This document shows, piece after piece, positions 1 to 11,100 of a DNA stretch of 64,000 bases. Source of the DNA: Candidatus Saliniplasma sp. GTDB lineage: Archaea; Thermoplasmatota; Thermoplasmata; Halarchaeoplasmatales; Halarchaeoplasmataceae. The notes below the pieces were generated by a model that was not told where the DNA came from, searched no databases, and saw only the letters and a list, made by a program, of their open reading frames with translations. Where the stretch lies: assembly GCA_046497075.1 (NCBI GenBank), contig JAWOGF010000050.1:17772-81771 (forward strand), given 5' to 3'. Position 1 is the first letter of the stretch; every line of letters begins with the position of its first letter. Made by a program: the position numbers and the translations under genes.

Positions 1-2412
1 ACCGTGAAAATAATTGATTCTGACCTGAAAAATAGTGGGGGTGTTGACATCCAGAAAGATGGAGAAGGCGATCTAATATTGGTCAACTCCTCTTTTGAGG
101 ATCATGAGGTCTCTGGTGAGGGTTACCTCGACATATACCACACCCAGGACTTCGTATTGAGTGATGAACACGGATCGATCTCGAACCGGGAAGTAGAGAT
201 ATTCCATAAGAACAATGCATGGAGTAAAAACTATACCACCGATCCTGATGGAAAGATAAAAGACGTAACATTACTCTGGAGAGGAGTAAATGAAACGGAT
301 ATCTTCAAGAAAACTTATGGTATTAGATACGATGGTAACCAAACGTATTTCTCACCCTCCAATTACAACCGAGTAAGTATCGATTTTTCTGAGGAAGCTC
401 GTTTGTATCTAACGGATGTGTCCGTAGACCCTGATTCATATATCCCTGTAAATAACTCCCTAGTCCCTCAGAACATCACTGTCAGTGTAGAAGGTAAAAA
501 TGATCTCATTTCTGACTACCATGGAAATATTTCGTTCTATTGGGGGGATACGTATATAGATAGATCCGAACTAGATGTGCTAGAGGGAGAGAAATTTAAC
601 TTCAGCTTCGATTGGACCCCTGATATAGAGGGATACGGAAAGGTCCGAGCAGTTTTAGATACAAAGGATAGTATGAGTGAGGATAATCTCGTTAGTTGGT
701 CTGAAACTTTTTTCGCAGGATACTACAACGAGAGTATCATCACTTACGAGAATTTTACGGAGAAATCACTCGAGATGCTGGAACACGGAGTTAGGAATGA
801 AGACGGTGAAGGACACTATACCATCTACGAGAACTGGCTCCCTGACGTACTGATGGAATGCGGCCTCAGTTACTTTGGAGCTTACGAAGTCACGGGTAAC
901 CTCAGTTATTATGAACGCGGGGAAAAGCAGTTCGATTATGCACTAGGCTTTAGAGACCAATGGGGGCTATACAACCGAAGCACATTTTATGAAGTCCGAG
1001 GAAGATTCGAAGATACCTATCACGAATGGAGTACCCATAGGAACGTAAGAGCAGCTCTGGCATTACAGCAGGCCTATCTTTACACAGGTAACGAAACATA
1101 CAAAAACGCAGCGGACCATATGATCGATTTCATTTTAGAAAAGGCTGCACGAGTGAATGTCACATACCACGACGGGACAGATTACAGTGTATTTTGGGAA
1201 TCCACGGAACCGAATGAGGGGAATGGAGGTATCAAGGGTACGAGTAAGAATTTTACATTTTTATTCGTAAACGGTTACATCCAACTTGGAAGATTGTTGA
1301 CTCAAGCTTACCACGATGAAAATATCAACAGCAGTTTCTACCAGAATGACAGTCTCCTCACACACATCAACACTTGCATGGAGTACTTGATCAACGATCA
1401 GATAGATTCTGGAGATTCAACCGGGACCTGGGCTTATTTCAGTTATTATGATGAACCGGATCCATGGAGACGGAGATCGATGATATACGCCGCTTTGACA
1501 GCAAAAGAATTGGCCAGAACCAACACATATCTACACTGGCAGAACATATCTAGGGCGATAAACAACTATACGGAATACGTAGAAGGAAGATTGGACCTTC
1601 GATCCGCTATAGATACCCATAACGGAGGGAACTCTAATATAATGGTTCTAAACCACTGGCGTTCTCTGTATAATACCACCGGTCGCAAACTTTCTAAGAT
1701 CGAGGATTTCATGTTCTCTAATATTTATTTCAATGATGATGGGACCACCAACAGTTATACGCTTTCAAGCGATAGAGCCCCGATCGATCCCCACGATTAT
1801 GGATTTTTATACGTGCACTATAATCCTCTCCGAACCATACTTTGGGATAAGTACTACGAGAGTAGAAAAGACTACTTTAGCTTAAATCTAAAATACGAAA
1901 ATGAAAGCGATGGATGGAACTTCCTTTCAACGAAGCTGGTCCCGGACTTAGTTGACTTAGAGGATATATTGGATCACCCAGATCATGGGATAGAGGGAAG
2001 TTATGATAAAGTGATATGGTATGATGCAGAGGTGAAAACCTGGAAAAGTCACATACCAGATAGAGATGAACACTTTAACGATTGGGGGAGTTGGGATCAC
2101 AGACAAGGCATATGGATACGCATGTTAGACGACGATGAATTGACCATCCAAGGCGTACGTCCATATAGTACCTATATCGAGCTTCACCCCGGTTGGAATA
2201 TGGTTGGGTATCCATCTGAGGGAACGAAAGAGGCTCAAGAATCATTACCTACTGAGGTTACAAAAGTCGCAGTCTTAAATGGCTCTAGGGAATACAATAT
2301 TGAATATAAATATGATCTTACGAACTGCTCTTTAGACCCGGGTAAGGGATATTGGATATTCAACAGCGCTGACGAGAAAGTGATATGGAATGTGGATTAC
2401 CACTATCACTAA
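1..2412 (+). CDS. Large secreted or extracellular glycoprotein, 5'-truncated by the window edge. The aromatic-rich core may be an (alpha/alpha)-toroid glycosidase-like domain; function unknown.
   Basis: The ORF is open from position 1 with no in-window start. It carries more than 20 N-x-S/T sequons (NSS, NET, NQT, NIT, NIS, NFS, NES, NFT, NLS, NRS, NVT, NGS and others). Its W/Y-rich segments (YALGFRDQWGLYN, RAALALQQAYLYTGNETYKNAADHMIDF) are reminiscent of six-hairpin glycosidases. It has no TM helices and sits next to a flippase/GT cluster. Confidence 0.45.
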   Translation, partial: TVKIIDSDLKNSGGVDIQKDGEGDLILVNSSFEDHEVSGEGYLDIYHTQDFVLSDEHGSISNREVEIFHKNNAWSKNYTTDPDGKIKDVTLLWRGVNETDIFKKTYGIRYDGNQTYFSPSNYNRVSIDFSEEARLYLTDVSVDPDSYIPVNNSLVPQNITVSVEGKNDLISDYHGNISFYWGDTYIDRSELDVLEGEKFNFSFDWTPDIEGYGKVRAVLDTKDSMSEDNLVSWSETFFAGYYNESIITYENFTEKSLEMLEHGVRNEDGEGHYTIYENWLPDVLMECGLSYFGAYEVTGNLSYYERGEKQFDYALGFRDQWGLYNRSTFYEVRGRFEDTYHEWSTHRNVRAALALQQAYLYTGNETYKNAADHMIDFILEKAARVNVTYHDGTDYSVFWESTEPNEGNGGIKGTSKNFTFLFVNGYIQLGRLLTQAYHDENINSSFYQNDSLLTHINTCMEYLINDQIDSGDSTGTWAYFSYYDEPDPWRRRSMIYAALTAKELARTNTYLHWQNISRAINNYTEYVEGRLDLRSAIDTHNGGNSNIMVLNHWRSLYNTTGRKLSKIEDFMFSNIYFNDDGTTNSYTLSSDRAPIDPHDYGFLYVHYNPLRTILWDKYYESRKDYFSLNLKYENESDGWNFLSTKLVPDLVDLEDILDHPDHGIEGSYDKVIWYDAEVKTWKSHIPDRDEHFNDWGSWDHRQGIWIRMLDDDELTIQGVRPYSTYIELHPGWNMVGYPSEGTKEAQESLPTEVTKVAVLNGSREYNIEYKYDLTNCSLDPGKGYWIFNSADEKVIWNVDYHYH

Positions 2413-2418
2413 AGATCT

Positions 2419-3864
2419 CTAACCTTTTACGAACTCTTTCACCAATCGGATATCCTTCTCACCGATACCTCCTATGGCGTAAAGGAACACGAAGTATAAC
2501 ACTATACCCAGAGGAAGGAGCCAGAGCACAGAGAACTGCAAGTTCAGTAGGATAGGTAAGTAAAGCAGGCCTCCCATCAGCAAACTCGACAGGTATGGCT
2601 TCCATACGTAGGAGATAGGTGCCGGAGATAGATGGGTACTGACTATATGATAATTGAGTAAAAAGTGTGTTATCTCCGCCAAAACGATAGCTACCGCCGC
2701 ACCTTCAGCACCGTATGGAGGTATCAGTAGGACGCCGCACAAGACCAGTACTGTCGAGGCGCCTAACAAATTTTTTGAAGAGTCGAACGTTCTATCACTG
2801 GACCAGAGTACCATCTTCAAACTACCATTCATGAACAGGAAGGGCAGCATCCAGACTATGGTTCTGAAGACCTGTATCGTCTGTTGATACTCTATAGCGT
2901 AAACCAATTCTAAGGCATCTTCAGCGATGACGTAAAGCCCTAACGTTAGTGGGAGAGATAAGATCAATAAAAATCTGAGTGTTTCTAGATAAGCATGCTC
3001 GATTGTATCTTTCCTAGATGTGTACAATCTGGAGAATACTGGATATACCGCCCTTCCGAAGGAATAGGGGACCACCCCTAAAAAGATGATCACCTTCCAA
3101 CTGGCACTATAAACACCTGTAGTAAAGCTATCACTTAAAAACGAAAGTAAAACGATGATGACCTGCCCATATATGACACTCACTGTGATGAAAAGTGTAA
3201 ATGGAGAAGATTTTTTTAAAAGTGGGACCCACCGCTTTAATGAAGGGTTAGTTATCTTTGAATCAGGTAACTTAGATTCATATATCCAAGCTGAAACGAA
3301 CAGATGGATCATGTAAGATATCAGCAGGAAGAGAAGTATTTTGAAAAGATCATAACCTAAGAAGATGGCAGAGATGCCGAGTAAAAGATACAACATCTTC
3401 CATATCAAAGTCGCATAGGCCTGGAGTTCCATTCGTTCCCGGGCTTGAAACTGAGCTGAGAAGGTATTCGATAATTTCTCGAATATCAGCATGGCTATAG
3501 CTACCATCAGGATAGCGTAAGGGATATCGATCTCTAGTCTTAGTAAGACAAAATGATAAACCACTGAAATAAAGAGTATGGTCAGCAAACCTAAAAATAT
3601 CCTCAAGAACAGAATGTCACTCAGATATCCGGACCCTTTATCCGGCTGTCTAGACACCTCCCTGATGGTCATCTCATCTAAACCCCAATCAACGACCACG
3701 GTGAATAGATAAGAAAAGGCTATCACGGCGTTGTATACTCCAAATGAGGAGGGCAGTAGATGATTGGCCAGCAATATGACAAAAACAGCACTGAGGATAC
3801 GGGCGATCATCTGTGCAGAAGTCAGCCATCCGGCGTTCTTTAATACCTTGATAGGGTCGGTCAC
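2419..3864 (-). CDS. MOP-superfamily oligosaccharide flippase (Wzx/RfbX, AglR-like polysaccharide biosynthesis protein)
   Basis: 481 aa polytopic membrane protein of roughly 12-14 TM helices. The N-terminus 'LKNAGWLTSAQMIARILSAVFVILLANHL...FGVYNAVIAFSYLF' is typical of the Polysacc_synt/Wzx family. Confidence 0.7.
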   Translation of the reverse strand: MTDPIKVLKNAGWLTSAQMIARILSAVFVILLANHLLPSSFGVYNAVIAFSYLFTVVVDWGLDEMTIREVSRQPDKGSGYLSDILFLRIFLGLLTILFISVVYHFVLLRLEIDIPYAILMVAIAMLIFEKLSNTFSAQFQARERMELQAYATLIWKMLYLLLGISAIFLGYDLFKILLFLLISYMIHLFVSAWIYESKLPDSKITNPSLKRWVPLLKKSSPFTLFITVSVIYGQVIIVLLSFLSDSFTTGVYSASWKVIIFLGVVPYSFGRAVYPVFSRLYTSRKDTIEHAYLETLRFLLILSLPLTLGLYVIAEDALELVYAIEYQQTIQVFRTIVWMLPFLFMNGSLKMVLWSSDRTFDSSKNLLGASTVLVLCGVLLIPPYGAEGAAVAIVLAEITHFLLNYHIVSTHLSPAPISYVWKPYLSSLLMGGLLYLPILLNLQFSVLWLLPLGIVLYFVFLYAIGGIGEKDIRLVKEFVKG

Positions 3865-3918
3865 TGGATCACATATTTGTAATAGTTAGGATTTATAAAA
3901 GTTCTTTCTATAGGCAGC

Positions 3919-4962
3919 TTATTTACCGAAGTGTTCAAAAAGTCTTTTCATCCATCTGGTAACATCGATCTTATCTCTTAGAAGTCTTTTACGTGCGGCA
4001 TTGAAATCAACTTCAACTTCCTCTTCAAGTATCGAGCGAAGGGTGAAAAATGCGTCATGGATCGTATTTATCTGTGCACCTAATTCATAGTGCACTTCTT
4101 GATCCTCGAGATAACCTCTAGTTTTGTTAGAAAGGTATATCCACGGTACACCCAGCACACCGGCTTCCGAAGCTGTAGTAGCACCCTCACCGATGTACAT
4201 CCTTGAATACGCCAATATATCGTGAAATCTGTGCTCGGGGATATCCATGCTGTAACTTCTTATCGGTTGAGGTAAGGGGCCCTCGGAATCTACCACCACT
4301 TGACCATAATCACTCAACAGTCTTACTAGGTCTATCTTATCTCTCCTAGTGAGTACTCCCTCATCTGCCTGGTGTCTCGCATCGAAAGAAGAGAACCTCA
4401 CGATCGTGTAGTTTCTAGGGACCAAACCGAGTTTATGAACCACCCATTTTTCAGGTTCGAATCTATTAGGATGTAGATATGCGAGTTCGTGATAACCTCT
4501 GTATTTGAGATGTTTACCCTTCGGTACCTGACTCCGGTAGCAGTCTGGTGTTGCTATCACATCTGCACATGGGAATGTCAGTAGATTGGTGAATGTAGCT
4601 ATTTCAGTATCCATGAAATCTATTGTGGTTGAACCCAACATAGATCCGGCATGAACCGAGTATAATCCGCCTATAGAAGCCGTTATATCCGGTTCGAACT
4701 TTCGAGCTTTACTTACCAAAGAGAGATCATTATGCACGACCCCTATACCTTTACCCAATCTGCTTTTATAAGTCTTACCGAATGTCTCGTATTCAAAACC
4801 TAACAGGTCCATCAATGCAGTAGTATTTTCCCTTTCTTTGACCATCAGATTAAACTCGTGCCCCTCCTCTTCCATTTCCCAGATTAAGTTTTTGAAGAAA
4901 TGCACGTGTGCAGGGTGGGCTATGACGAGCAGGACCTTCAATTGTGACACCGCATAAAACAT
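3919..4962 (-). CDS. DUF354-family protein, a putative GT-B fold glycosyltransferase
   Basis: 347 aa. The N-terminus 'KVLLVIAHPAHVHFFKNLIWEMEEEGHEF' matches the archaeal DUF354 signature. It is adjacent to the flippase. Confidence 0.55.
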   Translation of the reverse strand: MFYAVSQLKVLLVIAHPAHVHFFKNLIWEMEEEGHEFNLMVKERENTTALMDLLGFEYETFGKTYKSRLGKGIGVVHNDLSLVSKARKFEPDITASIGGLYSVHAGSMLGSTTIDFMDTEIATFTNLLTFPCADVIATPDCYRSQVPKGKHLKYRGYHELAYLHPNRFEPEKWVVHKLGLVPRNYTIVRFSSFDARHQADEGVLTRRDKIDLVRLLSDYGQVVVDSEGPLPQPIRSYSMDIPEHRFHDILAYSRMYIGEGATTASEAGVLGVPWIYLSNKTRGYLEDQEVHYELGAQINTIHDAFFTLRSILEEEVEVDFNAARKRLLRDKIDVTRWMKRLFEHFGK

Positions 4963-5037
4963 AGTTGAGGGTAATATAAAGATAACCCAGGTTTCATCAG
5001 AAAATCCTTTAATCAGTTATATCTTTAAGGGTGCAAG

Positions 5038-5541
5038 ATGGACCTTATAGGAATATTGTTGAACGCTGGAAGTGACCCCCTCACTTATTCTATCATATTC
5101 TTCGTGTACGTCGTTCTAGCTGCAGTTGTACTTCCTATACCAGTGGAAATAGGTCTTTTCAATCCCTATATAAACCCCATCCTTTTGATAAGCATACTTG
5201 CTGTTGGTAAAGGAGTAGGCTCTTTCTTCGTTTTCGAGATCGGTACTAAGGCTAGAAAAAAGATGAAGAAGATATCTACCAGCAATTCGTTCATCAATAA
5301 GATAGTGGAATATTCTGAGTGGTTCGTCAAAAAATGGGGCTATTACGGTCTTCTTATAATCTTGAGTACACCCCTCATGATAGATTCTATCAGTCTTTAC
5401 CTCTTTTCACTACTCAATCCAGAGAAGAAAGGGGAAGGTATGGATATGAGGCCTTTCATCTTAGTGAATATAGTGGGGGGAGCTATCAGAGGGATTATAA
5501 CATTAGCCGTATTTTATTATGCAGGTATAAAACTGGCATGA
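5038..5541 (+). CDS. Small membrane protein, DedA/VTT-domain-like (possible polyprenyl-phosphate transporter family)
   Basis: 167 aa with 4-5 hydrophobic segments. 'LAAVVLPIPVEIGLFNP...GKGVGSFFVFEIG' resembles the DedA re-entrant loop region. The assignment is tentative. Confidence 0.4.
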   Translation: MDLIGILLNAGSDPLTYSIIFFVYVVLAAVVLPIPVEIGLFNPYINPILLISILAVGKGVGSFFVFEIGTKARKKMKKISTSNSFINKIVEYSEWFVKKWGYYGLLIILSTPLMIDSISLYLFSLLNPEKKGEGMDMRPFILVNIVGGAIRGIITLAVFYYAGIKLA

Positions 5542-5542
5542 G

Positions 5543-6166
5543 ATGGGCCGTCCCTCGATAAAATTTTATAAGACTACATCAGTTGTTTCATTGATGAACT
5601 GGATCATACTACTTCTATTTACTTTTGGGATAGTGGCCTTGGCTGAAATCGGAGATAAAACCCAGTTGATGACCATATCTCTCGCTTCAAAATACCATGT
5701 AAAACCTGTATTTTGGGGTATATTTTTAGGTATGGGTCTGATAACCGTAGTAGGGGTAGTTGTAGGTACCGTTTTATACAGCTTTATTCCCCCATATTAT
5801 GTGAAAGTTCTTGCATCACTCATCTTCATCTTTTTTGGAGTGTACTCGCTCTACCAGGAAGAAACCGAAGATGAAGAAGATTTCAGCAGTAAAAAGATAT
5901 TCACTACTTCTTTTTTTCTAGCACTGGTGGCTGAATTCGGGGATAAAACTCAACTGGTTGTCATAGCGCTCACCGCACAGTATGAAGCTCCCATCGTTGT
6001 ACTTCTCGGAGCCCTAGCAGGTCTCGGTCTAGTTATCGGTATCGGTGTTGCCTTCGGTTCAAAATTGACCGAGATTGTAGAAAAAGAAAAGATCGAACTG
6101 GCGGCCTCGCTGTTATTCATCATCGTCGGAGTCATCTCCCTGGTAAATACTCTTTTTTGGGGATAA
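5543..6166 (+). CDS. UPF0016 (GDT1/TMEM165) family putative Ca2+/Mn2+:H+ antiporter
   Basis: It has two E-x-G-D-K-T-Q repeats ('LAEIGDKTQLMTISLA' and 'VAEFGDKTQLVVIALTA') in a 6-TM protein of 207 aa. This is the diagnostic duplicated motif of PF01169. Confidence 0.8.
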   Translation: MGRPSIKFYKTTSVVSLMNWIILLLFTFGIVALAEIGDKTQLMTISLASKYHVKPVFWGIFLGMGLITVVGVVVGTVLYSFIPPYYVKVLASLIFIFFGVYSLYQEETEDEEDFSSKKIFTTSFFLALVAEFGDKTQLVVIALTAQYEAPIVVLLGALAGLGLVIGIGVAFGSKLTEIVEKEKIELAASLLFIIVGVISLVNTLFWG

Positions 6167-6197
6167 ATAATATTATTTCGCTCTGTTATCACCAATC

Positions 6198-6734
6198 ATG
6201 TCTAGGTGGAAATGTAAAGATAGCAGGGTGGTAGCAACCTCTACGTTGTTTACACTCAGAGAAGATGACGTGGTACTAAAGAACGACGTTGAAAAAACAT
6301 ACACTATATTGGATATGCCAGATTTTGCTGGTGTCATCCCCGTCATAGATGATAAACTGGTTATGATCAAGAACTATCGTTACCCAATCGATGAGATGGT
6401 ATTGGAACTACCTGCGGGACTCATAGATGAGGGTGAAAAACCTATCGATACTGCTAGACGGGAACTAAAAGAGGAAACTGGATACGTTTTGAAGGATGCT
6501 GAGAAAATCATAGAATATCACCCAATAGCTAGCCTGAACACTCAAACAGCTCACCTTTTCCTAGGGGAAGCAGAAGAGGGGGCATCGGTGAATAGGGATA
6601 TCGGGGAGGATATCGAAGTTGAATTAATTCCGATCAAAAAAGTATATGAGATGTTAAGAAAAAAAGAGATATCACACCCCCACACTATCATAGCCCTATT
6701 TTACTGTGAAAATGTGTTATGTGAAAGAACCTGA
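6198..6734 (+). CDS. NUDIX hydrolase (ADP-ribose pyrophosphatase-like)
   Basis: The Nudix box is 'GLIDEGEKPIDTARRELKEETGY' (GX5EX7REUXEEXGU). Confidence 0.8.
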   Translation: MSRWKCKDSRVVATSTLFTLREDDVVLKNDVEKTYTILDMPDFAGVIPVIDDKLVMIKNYRYPIDEMVLELPAGLIDEGEKPIDTARRELKEETGYVLKDAEKIIEYHPIASLNTQTAHLFLGEAEEGASVNRDIGEDIEVELIPIKKVYEMLRKKEISHPHTIIALFYCENVLCERT

Positions 6735-6821
6735 GAATTCATGTATTTACTAAAAATAGAATATATTCCAATAAAGACCGAAAATGTTTATAGATAAAAA
6801 TTAATTTCGGAAGGCTTGTTT

Positions 6822-8180
6822 ATGGCAAAGAAGGTAAAAAGCGAGAGCGGTACTATATTTTGTTCATACTGCGGTACCGCCGTGAAAAAAGGGGACGATA
6901 CTTGTCCGAGTTGTGGAGAGGAACTAGAAGAAGAGATCGTAGAGGGAAAAGTATGTCCCGCCTGTGGAAACCCTGTTGAAAGTTTGGATGGATCATGTCC
7001 AAATTGCGGTATAGACCTATCTAAAACACCATCTGAAGCAGACCAAGACGACGAATTCCTTTCTAAACTTCTAGGATGGGGAGACGAGACGGAGGGAGAA
7101 TTAGAAAAGAAGATCGAGGAAAAACGCAAAGCAGTAGAAGTTTTTAAAAAGGTTGCTGGCGGGGAGGGAGGTAGTAAAGAAAGTAAAGAAAGTAAAGAAA
7201 GTAAAGATAGTAAAGATAGTAAAGAAAGTAAAGAAAGTAAAGATAAGAAAGAAAAAGATGAGGTCGAAGTGGAAATATCTTATGACTATATGGTCGAACC
7301 CTTCGAGAAAGTGGTAAATTCCACGGAAGAAAATCTCAACGACATAAAATCTGAAATGGTAAAAGTACGCGAGGAACTCGATGAAGCTGAGGGCAAGGAA
7401 AAAGAAAGACTTCAAGAGAAACTAAAATCATTGGAGAGCAGAAAATCAAGATTCCATAAGATAATATCCAACATCGAAGAGATGGATAGAGCCGTGGAAA
7501 GATTATTGGAAAACCAAAGAATAGAACTCGAGGAAAAACAGGAAGAGCTTAAAGACCGTATCAGAGAATTTAAAAAGGTTGTAAAAAAGAAGGATAAGGA
7601 AAGGGAAAACATCGAAGATAAGAAAAACAAACTGGAGGAAAAAGAAGAAAAACTAAAAGAGAGAGAGATGAAACTCAGCGTTTGGGAGGAAAACCTGAGG
7701 AAGAAGGAAAAGGAGTTAGAAGCTGAGGTAGGCCAATACAAAGAAAGCGAGGAGACTCTTGAAAAGATCGAGGAGGATATGCCAGAAGAGGGAAAGGTTA
7801 CCAAAGAAGAATGGTTAGAGGAACAAAAGAAGATCCAGAAAGAACTGTTCGATCTGAAAGATATGTGGGATGATGAAGAGGAAACGATAGATATCAGCGA
7901 AGACTCGATACCGGTAGTAAAAAAGAAACTTAAGGAGAAAGAAGAACTCTGGAAAAAAAAGATCAAGGACCTCAAAGAAGAGTTGGATGAAGTTCGTAAA
8001 GAAAAAGAAAAGATGAGAGAAAAAACCCTCGAGATGGATGTTAAACAAGAAGAGGTGGAGACCATATTATCCGTACTAGATGATCTACTAGGTAATTTAC
8101 CAGATGAACGTATCCATGAATTTGCAAAATCCAAGCATTTTGAACTTTATGAGAAGGTATTGGATGCTTTCGATGTATAA
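6822..8180 (+). CDS. Double zinc-ribbon plus (SKE)n low-complexity plus coiled-coil protein
   Basis: The N-terminus has 'CSYCGTAVKKGDDTCPSCG' and 'CPACGNPVESLDGSCPNCG' (two C-x2-C...C-x2-C ribbons). Then comes SKESKESKESKDSKDSKESKESKD, followed by about 300 aa of E/K/L heptad-rich sequence. ATG at 6822 is preferred over the upstream TTG. TATA-like 'TTTATAGATAAAAATT' lies about 30 bp upstream. Confidence 0.75.
   Translation: MAKKVKSESGTIFCSYCGTAVKKGDDTCPSCGEELEEEIVEGKVCPACGNPVESLDGSCPNCGIDLSKTPSEADQDDEFLSKLLGWGDETEGELEKKIEEKRKAVEVFKKVAGGEGGSKESKESKESKDSKDSKESKESKDKKEKDEVEVEISYDYMVEPFEKVVNSTEENLNDIKSEMVKVREELDEAEGKEKERLQEKLKSLESRKSRFHKIISNIEEMDRAVERLLENQRIELEEKQEELKDRIREFKKVVKKKDKERENIEDKKNKLEEKEEKLKEREMKLSVWEENLRKKEKELEAEVGQYKESEETLEKIEEDMPEEGKVTKEEWLEEQKKIQKELFDLKDMWDDEEETIDISEDSIPVVKKKLKEKEELWKKKIKDLKEELDEVRKEKEKMREKTLEMDVKQEEVETILSVLDDLLGNLPDERIHEFAKSKHFELYEKVLDAFDV
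7173..7244 (+). repeat. Perfect 9-bp tandem repeat (AGTAAAGAA/AGTAAAGAT) x8, encoding (SKE/SKD)n inside the zinc-ribbon/coiled-coil gene
   Basis: Direct reading gives eight contiguous in-frame 9-nt units. Confidence 0.85.
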
Positions 8181-8192
8181 GGAGTAATAGAC

Positions 8193-11100
8193 ATGGGACT
8201 CAGAGAAAAGGCGAAGAAGGCACTAGAAGAAGAGGAAAAAACCTCTGAAGAACTAGAAAAGGAGGAAGAAAGAGTTGAAGATCTGGAGAAAGATATAAAA
8301 GAACTGGAGGAACGCAGATCCGAACTCGAGGATATTGTAAGTGGATTAGAAGATGAAAAGGAAGGACTTGAAGAGAAGAAAAAGGAATTCGAAAATGTTA
8401 AGGAACGGATCAAAGAATCTGTTGAAAGAAAGCAGGAACTTGAAGAGAATATCCAAAAGCTTGAATCGAGATATGAAGAACTAAAATCCAAAAGAGAAGA
8501 ATTTGAAGAGTTGGCAGAAGAGTACGATGAGATTCAGCAGAAAAAGGAGAGTCTTGAAGAGGAGATCGATGAGCTACAAGGTACAAAAGATGAACTTTCG
8601 GAGAGTAAGGAGGAAGTCGAAGAATCTAAAGAAAGATTAGAAGGGGAGATCGAAGAACTGGAAAATAGAAAAGATGAACTTATAGAAAGTGAAGAAGAAT
8701 TAGAGACGGTGAAAGAAGATGTTGAAGAGCTTATACAAAAGAGAGAAACACTTGAAGAGGATATCGAGGAGTTAGAGAAGGGAAAAGAAGAACTCACGAC
8801 CTCAAAAGAGGAATTGGAGGAGAAATCAGAGAAGCTCGATAAAAGGATGAAAGAATTGGAAAAAGAAAAGGAGAGATTGGAAGAGGATAAAGGGGAGATA
8901 GAGGAACTAAAAAAGGAATTAGAAGAAAAAAGGAAGATATTAGAAGAGGAAGAGAAAAAATTCGAAGAGCGAAAGGAAGAACTAGATGGGAAAGAAAAAG
9001 ATTTAAATGAAAAAGAAAAAAGGTTACAACAGAAAGAACAAGGGTTAGAGGATAAAGAACAAGGGTTAGAGGATAAAGAACAAGATATAGATGAAAGGAT
9101 CAGCGAATTGAACGAGAGAGAGGAAGAACTCAAAAAACTCAAGAAAAGTATCGACGGTAAGAAAGGTGCTCTACAGAGATCCAAGAATAAATTGGAAGAA
9201 CAGGAAGAAAAACTGGAGGAACGGAAAAAGGAGCTTGAGAAGAAAGAAAAAGATTTGAGGGAAGAACTCAAAAAAGAACTCCTTGAAGAGAAAAAAGAGG
9301 AATTGGAATCGCTGGAGGCTTCTTTGGAAGAGAAAAGAGATGAGGAAGAACAGCTGGAAGAAAAAATACAGGATTATAGTGAGAGAATAAATGAAATAGA
9401 GGAGAGGGAAGAAGAATTAGATGAAAAAGAGGAAGAACTGAAGCAGAAGGATAATGAACTGGTGGAACGGAGTTCTCTCCTGGATGATAGGGAACAGGGT
9501 ATCGAAGAGAAAGAAGAAAAGATAGATGAAGCAGAAGAAAAGTTGGCAGAATTGGAGGACAAAGATACAAAACTGGAAGAGTGGCACGGGGAACTAGAGG
9601 ATAAAGAAGAAACATTGGATGAGAAAAAAACAGAACTAACTAATCTCGAAAAAACCCTTGAAGATAAAGAAGTGAAGATCGAAGAGAAGGAAGAGGATCT
9701 AGAAGCAAAGGAAGATAGATTATCCGAAAAAGAAAATGAACTAGAAGATAAATCAAAAGAATTAGAAGAAAGGGAAAACAAGATCGATGAAAGATTGTCG
9801 AAGGTGGAACAGAGGGAAGAAGAGATAGAAGAATTAAAGGATTCCCTCGCTAGTAAAGAAGAAGAGCTAGAATCAAGAGAAGAAAATTTAGAGGAAAAAG
9901 AAGATGAGTTAGATAGGTTAGAGGGAGATCTAGAAAAGAGGCGTCAAGAAGTAACTGATACTGAAGCAAGTCTTGAACAAAGGGAAGAAGAATTGATCGA
10001 TTGGGAAGAGGAGATAGAGGCAAGGGAGGAAGATGTATCTGAGGAAAGAACGAGGTTAGAAGAAAAAGATGATGAGTTGGACCAGAAAGAGAAGGAATTA
10101 AAAAAATTGGAAAATGAACTGGAAGATAGAGAGGAACGGTTGGAGAGTTTAGAAGACGATCTGGATGAGGTGCAAAAAGAGCTCGTAGACCGGGAAGAAA
10201 ACATAAGAACCAAAGAGAAGGATTTAGAAGAAAAGGAAGAGGAACTGCAAAATTTCGAAGCCGAGCTTCAAGGATGGGAAGATAATCTAAAATCAAAAGA
10301 GGAAGATTTGGATACAAAAGAATCCGAGCTTCAAGGATGGGAGGAGGACTTAAAGGAAAAGGAGGGTGGATTGGACACTAGAGAAGAAGCGATAAATGAG
10401 AGAGAAGTAGAGCAGGACGAACTGGAAGACACCCTACAGGAAAGAAAAGAAGAACTAGGTAAAAAAGAGAATCACCTGATCGAATGGGAAGCAGAAGTGG
10501 AAGAGAGAGAGAAAAAATTGGATGAGCTTCAGAAAGAACTTGAAGGTAAAGAAGAAAATCTAGATACTATAGAGGATGAACTAGATGAGCGAACTTCAAA
10601 GGTGGAACAGCAGGAAAAAGAGTTAGAGGATAGAGAAGAAAAGATCGATGAAAGAGAAAAGACACTCAACGAAAAAGAAGATGAATTGGACCAGAAAGAG
10701 AGCGAGATAGAAGCAGAAAGAGATGAACTGGAAGAAGAAAAAGAAGGACTGCTCCAATTACGTGAGGAACTGAATAAATTTGATGACACTCTCGATGAGA
10801 AGCAGAAAGAGTTGGAGGGTGAGAGGAGTGAATTCGAAGACAAAGTGGAGATCAAGGAAGAGGAGCTAAGAAAAGAAAGGTCGTCTCTGGAAGAGAAGAA
10901 AGAACTACTAGCTGAAAAAGAAGAAAAGTTGAGTGATCTTGAGAAAGACCTATCGCAGAGAGAGGGGCGCGTATCTAAAAAAGAGAATACTTTGGACGAA
11001 TTAAAAGAGGAGCTAGGTGAAAGAGAAAGGGAAGTAAAAGAAAGGGAGAATGGACTAGACTTACTCCAAGAGGAATTAGAGGATTGGAGAGATGAGTTAT

